Assembly: GCA_031835245.2 (NCBI GenBank)
Contig: JAVKOQ020000024.1
Location: 62,001-126,000 of the forward strand
Length of the DNA: 64,000 bases
Direction: 5' to 3'
Origin: Balamuthia mandrillaris
Lineage: Eukaryota
The translations under genes and the position numbers were made by a program. Numbering within the stretch: the first letter of the stretch is position 1; each line of letters starts with the position of its first letter. Under the pieces are notes generated by a model. It saw nothing but the letters and a program-made list of their open reading frames with translations. It was not told the DNA's origin and did not search any database. This document shows positions 25,355 through 35,075 of this stretch, in pieces.

Positions 25355-28202
25355 TATTCTTCTGAGAGTAATGCTGGTGGCTCCCTTCATATCTTTGGTT
25401 CTGTTTCCATGGAATGGATCAAGATGTGTTTTTATGGTAACTCCTTCTTCCTGTTTTTCTGTTTGATTTCCGTCGTCGTCATCTTCTTCTTGTTCTTGTT
25501 CTTGTTCTTGTTCTTGTTCTTGTTCTTGTTCTTGTTCTTGTTCTTGTTCTTGTTCTTGTTCTTCTTCTCTTCTTCGTTTTACTCTGCTGCGTTTTGGTTC
25601 CAACGCACAATTCTTGTTCACAGCGGCTGGCTTCGAGAAGACCAACTATTCTCAAATTGTTGTTCATGGAGAGTTATACATGCGCGAAAACCTAGCCGTC
25701 CCCAAAAGTAATGGCGTTTCAGTGTACATGACGAGCTATTGGGCGGCTCTAGCGGGGGATGCATCTCTACGATCTCCTTCGTTCATTCTGTTTGATTCCC
25801 TCCGTGACAGCAACGTAACCAAGATAATTGAAACGTCTACATTTTCCTACTCATACGTACTTGAACAGCCAAAGCTTTTCGTTGTTGCATGCAATTACAA
25901 TCCAGAAAGACCAAGTGGTGAGAGTGTAGACTGTATCTCGCCAACGTCTCGTCACGATTTGAGCTATCTTCTAACCTCCGCTGGTATCAGTGATGACTGT
26001 CCTTCATGTACAGCTTCTGTCTTTCACTTTTTTTTTCCTCCTTTTATCAAGTTGATGCTTATGTGTTTTTTAGATACCTGTCCAGGAACTCCTGTGTGCT
26101 CAGGAAGAGGAAGATGCGTCGATGGTTATTGTCTTTGTGATCCAGGATGGGCTGACCTTGATTGCAGTGCTGGTACTGTTATTTCCCTCCTGCTTTTCTC
26201 CTTCTCTGTTTGTGCTCTAATGATGTGATGTGCATTGCTTGCGCAGAGGACTGTCCAGGAAGTCCTGACTGTAATGGCCATGGCTATTGTCTTGTGGACA
26301 TCAGTAGAACTCCTTCATGCCAATGCTTAGATGGTGAGAGCATATCTGCTGGCTGGTACTCGTTTGTTTGTTTACTGACGCACAACACTATTGAAGGATG
26401 GAGTGGGGAAGCATGTGGAAAGGCAACATGCCCAAACGACTGCACAGATGAAGAACACGGCTATTGCGACACATCTTCCTTGAAGCCTACCTGCGTATGC
26501 AACCCTGGCTTCGTTCCAGGATTACAAAAGGACTGCTCAGTACATTTGCTACGTTGCCCAGGTGGTTTCTCTTTCTCGTCCTTACTTTTGTCATTCTTCA
26601 CACTCTTTTGTTTATTCATAAGTTTGCTTTAAAATCAATGCACAGGATTGGAAGCATCATGCTCAGGGTTCGGAACGTGCAACAACCAAACGGGGAACTG
26701 CTCTTGCATGCCAGGGCGAACAGGAGCGGACTGTTCCATCCCAGTGTGCGAAGGAAACCCCAACCAATGTTCTCATCACGGGCTTTGCCTTTGGGATGAG
26801 CAAAGCAACAAGGCGTTTTGTGATTGTGATGAAGGATGGGGTGGAGAGGATTGTTCCCTCCCTCAATGTCCTTCTTCTTCTTGTTCTGGTCATGGCGTTT
26901 GTGTGACGGAGTTGGATCCTCCAAGATGTTTGTGTGATGGACCTGAAGACATTCTGTCATATTCAGACCCTCCGTTGAGCAAGGCAGAAGGCTGGACAGG
27001 AGAAGCATGCGCTATGCGAGTGATGGATTGTAACTCAGAGGAAAGTCGATGCGGAGCACGATGTGGAGAGAACAACGACGAAGGATATGGGTGCATGACA
27101 AATGAGTGTCTGGAAGGATGGAAAGGATGGGACTGCACCACACGTTTGTATTTTCGTTTTTTGCTTTGTGTTTGTTTTTGTCGTTTCTAAGTGCTTTTGT
27201 TATTGTTGTTGCAGCGGTGTGTGTGAATACAGGGAATCCAGAATGTCATGGTCATGGGCGTTGTATTGCCAGAGAGAGAAACTTAACCCCTCAATGTGAA
27301 TGCAGAGAAGGCTGGCTGCCTCCCGATTGTCGTTTAGGTACCTCTTCCCCTTTCTTCGTGTCCTTCTTCGTCGCTCTTTTCTCTTCGCTTCATCGTTCTC
27401 TTCTTCTCTTATTACTGAAGAAAAACCTAAACATTTCTCAAATCGAAAAAGCGATCTGCAGTGCAGATGATGGAGAGAAAGAATGTTCAGGCCGAGGAAG
27501 GTGCAATCTTCAACTCTCACCTCCACAATGTCAATGCGATGCTTTCGCTTATGGTCCCTTTTGTCAATTTTGTTCGTGCTCTCTCTCCTAGATTCGGTAA
27601 CATGTTTGCGTTCGTACCTGCATCTCACCTGTTTTCAAACAACAGATGATCCTCCATGTGCAGGAGAGCCAGAATGTTCAGGCCATGGTCAGTGCAATAA
27701 CGGCACTTGCCATTGTAATGAAGATTGGCGAGGCTTGGATTGTTCCATCATTGGTAATATCATATCACTCACCTTCCTTTTTGTTGTTGGCGTCTTCTTT
27801 CTTCTAGTTCTCCTTTTTCTTTTCTTGGTATTCGCTGCTGTTTCTCTGACAACAAGTCAATAACAACGAAACCGTAAAACAGATCATCAAGGAGAATGTG
27901 CCCACAATTGTTCTTCGAATGGAGTGTGCAAACCATCATCCTCATCAGAAGGAAAGAACCTCCTTCCTGTTTGTCATTGTTTCGAAGGATGGGCCGGCAC
28001 GGATTGTTCGCGCTCCTCCTCGGGAGAAGCAAAAGGAGCAGAGGAAGACTTCATGGAGGAGCATCCCTGGGCTCTTCCTGTTATTGTGGCCGGCATTGTT
28101 GTTTTGCTGCTTTTGGGAGCGACTGCAATAGGGAGCTTTGTGGTTTATCGCCAAAGAGAACTCTTAAAGTTGACTGCTAGCCGTAACAACATTAACTTTT
28201 AA
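24549..28202 (+). pseudogene. EGF/tenascin-like repeat type I membrane protein, paralogue A (disrupted)
   Basis: Signal peptide + AVLRWRNAGISGHW|DDPTNW, many CSGHGxC EGF repeats, TM after HPWALPVI. Carries a 1-nt deletion at ~24790, an in-frame TAA at 25200-25202, and lacks most of one exon present in the other paralogues. Confidence 0.75.
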
Positions 28203-28647
28203 AACGGGCAGAAATGTGCCCCTTCTTTGTTTGCGATTGTACTGACACATGCTAGCATTTTTTATTGAACAAATAGTGGTTTTCATTTTGTGTGAAGATC
28301 TGCAAACTTTGCTACGCGCGCTTGTGTGGGGCTGTGATCACTCGCTGCCCTGCGCAGATTCGGAGACGAAAGCAAGAAAGAGGTTTTTGCTTCTTCTGCA
28401 CGCTTTCCCCAACCACTCCAATATCAACTGAATGATTCTGAAAAGCGTTTAGCCTCTTCTTGTTCTCTCACCTTCCGGTTCCAACACCACGTTCAGAGGC
28501 GAGAGATCCTCTTACCTTGTTAATGAGTTAGGTATTATTAACCAGTAATTTATCTCAATAAAAAACTCCTCCTGCTATATCCTATTGGGCACGCGCGGGA
28601 CAACAGGCTTCTTTGCACGGAAAAAAACAAAGATAGTCGCAGAAGGA

Positions 28648-31600
28648 ATGAAGAACGCGAAACAGCTAGGGTTCAAGGTCCTGTGCTTTCTCTCGGCCCT
28701 TTCTTTCTTCGGTTCTTGTGGGGCGGCTACATTGCGATGGAGGAATGCTGGCATCAGTGGCTATTGGTTTGTACCGAGCCCAATAAAACAATTGGGCTAG
28801 AATCAACAAGAAGGCAGACGGAAGGAAGGGAAAAGAAGATTTATTTCTGAGCTCAAGGCCTTGCGAACCTTGACGGGGGGTTATGGCCCCGCTCACCTCT
28901 ACTCTTGAAACAAAATTCTTTTGCAAATACAACCGCTTGCCAAAATATTGTTCTTATGATTTTTTCGCTTCGGCGTACCGGTTGTTCCTGATTGGTTCGT
29001 TCTTATCTTCTCTGTTTCTTTTGAAAGAAGAACCTTATTAGAGAGAGATGGAAGAGACCTACGAGGATGACCTGCTCGGTACAAACGCACGCGAAGCGTG
29101 TCGTTCCGATGCATGGACAGCTGTTTGCTGGATCGCATGCTGTTTTTTGTAGTCAGGGAAGGCTCCAAGCCTCTGGATGTCCTAACTATTCCTCGTCGAT
29201 ACTTCCGGAGAAAGAGAAAGTGGAGAACCTTGTGATGTCTCCCATAGAGAGTCCGTCGCTGCTTGAGGAACCGTTGCAGCTGAGTGGTAAGGCGGAAGGG
29301 ACAGAGGCCGTTCTTCTCTGTGAGCTTCCTCATGAGCTTTGCTACGTTGGCGAGAAAACTTTGTGGTCGCATGTTTGTAATGGCCAAAGAGTGAAGTCGT
29401 GAGGTGAAGACGCCGTAGATGATGTGGTCCGGCAAGTCAGTATCCCGTTGGGGGTAGTTGAAGTGCGGGAGAGAGAACTTGTCCGTTTTGTTGAAGGTCT
29501 GGGCGCACCAGACTCGAGTTTTGGATCCGCTATAATCCGGTGGTGGTTGGGTAATGAAGATGGTGGTGTCTAAATAGTCTACTGACTGGAAAGGGGGTTT
29601 GTTTTGAAGTTGAAGAGAGAGGATCCCTTTGGGGTAAAGTCCAAGACTTTTACCGTCCGTATACTGGTACTGGTGAACGTATGGATTGTTGAAGAGTGCA
29701 ATGTCATCTATCTTTCGTACTGATTTAGAAAAGATGTGTGCTACATGGGGTTCCGTTTTTTGAAGTTGTAGCATGAACTTGCGTTCGTAGTGGCAGGCGT
29801 AGAAGTTAGCAAGGTCGGGTCCGTGGTTGACCCCTTGGCCTATACCTCGGTCTTGTTTGAGTACTACGTTGCCATAACGTACGACACAGTTCTTGATTTG
29901 CCATTGCAGCAGTTCAAGGATCTGTTCAACAGAGAAGATGTGAGAGCCATGAGAGATTGTGGCCTTGCTTCGAAGGTTGCCTGTCCATTGGGCACCCTTG
30001 AGGTTGACGAGGATGTGGGAGCGCCTTCTCCTCTTTGCAATGCGGATCGCTTCCTCCTTCAGTGCACGGATAAGGTCATCCTGGTCAATGTTGTTGTAGA
30101 ACCCGTCGATGTCAAAGGCGCACACCGAGATGGCTTCCTCCTTGGGGTTCTCGTTCCACTCTTGTAGACGTTGGACTACCTCCGCTGAGGTTTCGATGCT
30201 CCAGAACCAGTTGAGTCCTGTGTGAAGCTTGTGAAGCCGGGCCTCCTTCTTGAGTTCATCGAGTAGGAGACGGAGGAAGTGGTGGAGGTATTTGCAGAGT
30301 GGAGTAGTGGTGGTTTTTAGGGCTGCTGTGATGGGGCGTTCCGCTGGTTTGTCTTTGTGTCTTTTGGGGATGATGTAGTGCGTGACAAGACCTTTAGGGG
30401 CAGAGATCTTGTACCGGTGGAGGAACAAAGCATGGGCCTTGATGATGCTCTCTTCTCCTTCTTGAAGGAGAGTGTAAGGAGAGGTAGCAGGGATGGGGAA
30501 GACGTCACGGTTGGTGGAAGAGGGAAAGGTAGTGAAGGGTGCAGAGAGGGAGAGTTTTGTATCAAATAGGTAGTTGAAGTGCCGTAGGCGCATATGAGCT
30601 TTGCAGACAAAGCTGAGGTTTCCTGAGAGTTTGTCTGTCAGGGATATAGCCCACAGGTCCTTCATACGTTTGATAAGGGATCGAGTGCTACTACTGTTGA
30701 TGACAGCTTGGTGTACAGGCGTGTATTGTTGGTGGCTTGTCAGTCGCTCATGTGCCAACCGGAGGACCTCTTGTTGCCAATTGTAGAGGTCGGATGGGAG
30801 GAGACCAAGCTTTTCTGTCTTTTGTGTGATGAAGCGTTCTGTGTCTCCGCGGAGCCGATCGATAATGACATGGACAGGGGGGGACTCCCGTTCCACGTGT
30901 TTGCTACCTTTGTAGATGAGGGAGCATAGTTGAGAGGCGGCGGAAGATCGTGAAAGAGCCAGAACCACTTTGGGATCACATGTATCAACATGGCCGTAGC
31001 AGTTTGTAAAGGATGCAAAACGTTCCTCTTTGCACCGGCATGGAGCTGGTGAGAAGATATCGTTGGGTGTGGTGTCCCGTACCACCTTCTTGGCATTGAT
31101 GAGAGCTGCTCCAACAGACCTTCCACGATAGAAGACCGGTTTGATGCCTTCCCAACGGAGGGGTTCTGGGAGGAACTGCGCGGCTTTGTGGAAGATGTTG
31201 TGGAGGCCGATGCGCTCGAATAGCATAGCACAGTACTCGAGGGGAAGGGGGTGACGGGGTGGTCGTTTCTTGGAGGATGGCTTGGCATGGCTGTTATCCA
31301 AACGTTCCAGGAGGGCATCTCGGAGGGTCTTGCGTCGCTCCGCGGTGAGGGTGTTGCAGACGCGGTGGTGATGCTGGGTAACCTGGACGCTAGGTGGGAG
31401 GGCCTTCCCACTTGTAGTGAGTCTCTTCCCAATGATGGCCGAGAGCATGCCTCGTATGTGTCGGTCACGGATGTGAGCCAGGTGGTCCTTGAGCTTCGAA
31501 TCCTTGACTTTCATAAGAGAGTATACCCGGCGGAAGTAGTCACGATGACATCGAGGCTTAGGTAGGTTGGACGGTTGCTTGGAACGTTGCCTGCTGTTGC

Positions 31601-34600
31601 CGGGGGCGTAGACTGAGACTGAGAGCGGTAGCAGAGAAGGTGGAGGTAATGTGGGAGGAGAGGAGGAGGATGAAGAGGATGGGGAGGAGGAGGGGGAAGA
31701 GGGAGAGGAGGGGAAGAAGAAGCTCGGAGGTTGTACAGTTGGCTGGTGGCAAGGAGGGTGGCGGCGAACATGGATAGGTGGGTTGAATTTCTTTTTGTTG
31801 CGAAGGCGGCGATGTTTGTTGGCATGATGGCTGTGGTGGTTTAGTTTTTGGTCGTATCTCCATCGGGCCTGCGTTTGCAGCGCGTGAATCCAGTAGTGCT
31901 CGGCCTTGAGGGGTTCCATGTCCTCTGGGACTTGTTGTAGAGGGATGACGCTGATGTATGATCCTCCGCATCTGCGGATGAATCGTGAGAGGGCGATATT
32001 GTGTACCCTGTTAGGGCTGTACGCTGCTGAGATTTCTTGTAGAACGCGGGTGCAGGCAGTGCGAGAGGTCCAACCGACGTAGATAGGTGACCGATTGTAT
32101 TTAAAGGAGTAGAGGGCGTAGATGACGCGGTTAGTAGAGGTAGGGGAGGGAGTAGAGAGTTTTTTTAACGCAAGGAACCGTTGACGGATCCTATGGAGGC
32201 GTTTCTCCGTGAAGGTGGCAGGGTTGTTATGAGCGTTGAGAGCTGTTTGTTCCATTTCCTTTCGGGTGGGAACGTCTCTCTTTGCCGTTCTTCGGGTCGC
32301 TGCTGGCGTTGTTGGCTTTTGCCCGACGCTTGGCGAGACGAACGGGCTTGTTTGCGGGTACTGCCGGGTTGGGTACCTGGTGGTTGCTAGCAGCGGCGAT
32401 GGAGTTGAGCAGGTTTGTCGCCATCTGGGTGGGGTTGGGAGGTGAGGTGGGGGCTTGACCTCTGAGCGGAGGGGTTGGTGAGTGGGAGAGGGAGCGAGTG
32501 CGTGAGCGAGACATGGAGCGAGTGCGTGAGCGAGACATGGAGCGAGTGCGTGAGGAGGAGCGGGAGCGGGAGCGAGAGTGAGAGCGGGAGTGGGAACGGG
32601 AGCGGGAACGGGAGCGTGCGTAACAACGGCGTGTTTTAGGGTTGTAGCGGTTCCTGTCCTCGGTCTTGCTACGTGCGGCACGTCTCTTCGGTGAGGGGGA
32701 ACGTATTGGGGTACGTTCCTTACCTTTGTCTCTGTGGGAAGAGGAGGTAGCAGGGGAGGAGGAAGAGGGGTTGGCAGAGGAGGTAGAACGAAGCCTGTAG
32801 GTTGCCGGTGAGCCAACCAAACGTTCCCTCGGTTGACCTTTACAGTCGAGGCCGGCTGCCTTTTTGAGGTGCTCGAGACGGGCATAGATGCTACGCACCT
32901 GTGTGGTGTGCAGCTGAAGAAGGCGGGCGTGTTCCTTCACCACCGTAGCCTCGTCCTCCACCTGTGAGACGATTTCGTCCGAGGCGGGGTTGTTGGCTGT
33001 GGTAGCGCTGGAGTCGCTTGTCTTCTGTCGTCTTCGGCGTGAAGAGGAGGAGGAGGAGGAAGAGGTAGCGGCAGAAGAGGAGGAGGGAGCAGGGGGAGGG
33101 GGAAGAACAGCTATAGCTGTAGAAGAGGAGAGGGGAGGGGAAGCCTGCTGACTTGCGGCCGGATTCGTGCTCTTTTCGGGTTCAGACCCTACTTTGAACA
33201 GGAGGGTGACACCGTCGTCCAGTACTCTTGAGATGGGAGGGTGAACGTTGGGGTCGTAGACGGTCCCGTGGGGATCCGCAAAGGCTTGGAACTGCTTGCA
33301 GGACTGGCACCACCAGTATCTTCTTCCTCGGTTCCCCTTGTCCGACTTTGACACCACTCTAACGCGGCACCAGTTGCTGCACTTTTTACAGCGGCCGGAA
33401 AAAGAAGGGTCGTGGCTGTCCCAGTCTCCTTTGTTAGAGGGCTGAGAGGTGGCGGTAGCGAAAGGGGCTTGCTGACCGGTATTTGTTGCCTGCGTCGAGT
33501 AAGGGAACACCAAGGGGGTGGTGGTGTAGGGGGAAGGAAAGTTGGGAGGGGGGTACTGTCCAGAAGGTGGGTAGTATGCCGTGGGAGGGGGAAGGGCAGA
33601 GGCCGGGAAGAAGACCGGGGGTTGTCCGGTAGAAAAGGCGCCGGGGGGCAGTCCGAACGGGGAAGCCGCAAAACTGTTTGGGGGGTTCATAGCTCTCGGA
33701 TATATTGGGGGTCTCAGGGATGGCGAGCTCCAAGCGATGAAAAGAATCGTACTATGGATGCTGCTGTCGACCTGTATGCCACCCTTATAGTTTGTACCGA
33801 GCCCAATAAAACAATTGGGCTAGAATCAACAAGAAGGCAGACGGAAGGAAGGGAAAAGAAGATTTATTTCTGAGCTCAAGGCCTTGCGAACCTTGACGGG
33901 GGGTTATGGCCCCGCTCACCTCTACTCTTGAAACAAAATTCTTTTGCAAATACAACCGCTTGCCAAAATATTGTTCTTATGATTTTTTCGCTTCGGCGTA
34001 CCGGTTGTTCCTGATTGGTTCGTTCTTATCTTCTCTGTTTCTTTTGAAAGAAGAACCTTATTAGAGAGAGATGGAAGAGACCTACGAGGATGACCTGCTC
34101 GGTACAAACGCACGCGAAGCGTGTCGTTCGTTGTCTCCAAACTCCTGGCCTTTTTTTTAGTGTGAAGAGCTCACAAACCTCCTGCAAACAACAGGGATGA
34201 CCCTACCAACTGGATAGAGAACGGAACAGGAGTGGCACGCGTTCCCACCAAAGAGGACGATGTCATTCTCGGAGGAGTGCTCGACTTTCGTTTCCTCGGG
34301 GTTTACTCCGTGTTCGTCCACGTTCGTTCTGCTCTCTTCTTTTTTATTCTTTGTTGCTTTGTGTCCTCTTCTCTCTGCTTCTTCTTCCTCGTTCTTGTTT
34401 TTTCTTTGCGTTCCATATTTTGTTGAGAGAAACCAACGTTTGTTGTTATGTATCTCAAAAGCGGCTTGACCGACCCGTGGAAGCGAACTCCTTAACCGTT
34501 GAACCCTGCGAGGTCTGCTTTTTCTTGGATTACTACAAGTACAGCCTTTGGGACGGCACGCAGTACGTTGAAGGGACCGGCAAAGCTGACCCCAACCTTG

Positions 34601-35032
34601 GAGCCCATTGCGGGGTGACGGTGGACGTGGTCGCCCCAACCACGTTCGTGGTAACGCAGGACATTGCGGTTGGCGTAAACTCTTTCTTGCGGCTGAGCGG
34701 CAGCGACCAGGATCCTTGGCTCAAGGCGTTCGTTTCCTTTTTCCTGGACCTTTTCTTTTTTTCACTGTTATTATTGACTTTGGGAGCTGCAGGAAGGTAA
34801 AGGTCGGTGAAGGAGGACGGTTGGTACTCCAAGGAGGAGGACTGACGGGGAACGGAGAGGTTCATGGCCGCGTGATAGCGCATGGGGGCTCGACCATCAG
34901 CCCCTTGGTTTATTGGCAAGAGAGACCCTACCCGGAGGAGAATGGGCTGGCTGGCTCTCTTCATTTCTTTGGCAATCTGGAGCTTCATTGGGCTGAACTA
35001 CTTTTCTTTGGTTCGTTATTATCTCCTCCTTA

Positions 35033-35075
<43 letters not shown>

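Larger units (their letters stand above)
28767..34129 (-). mobile_element. Penelope-like retroelement (N-terminal GIY-YIG, Naiad/Chlamys-type domain order) with 340-bp terminal direct repeats (pseudo-LTRs)
   Basis: Intronless GC-richer island; GIY-YIG + PLE-type RT ORF; direct repeats 28767-29106 and 33790-34129 containing the RT ORF C-terminus; interrupts a host gene. Confidence 0.9.

Noticed and set aside
28767..29106. Hammerhead or HDV-like ribozyme in the terminal repeat (TCCTCGT and GAAA motifs on the minus strand)
   Set aside because: Could not assemble a CUGANGA core with stems or the HDV P1/P3 pairings by eye; not called without an Infernal search.
28767..34129. Interpretation as an LTR or DIRS retrotransposon
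   Set aside because: No TG…CA ends, PBS, protease, RNase H, integrase or tyrosine recombinase seen; the repeat contains the RT ORF end and the nuclease is GIY-YIG.
33922..34140. 72-aa ORF METTNDTLRV…
   Set aside because: Just the duplicated C-terminus of ORF2 within the upstream pLTR.
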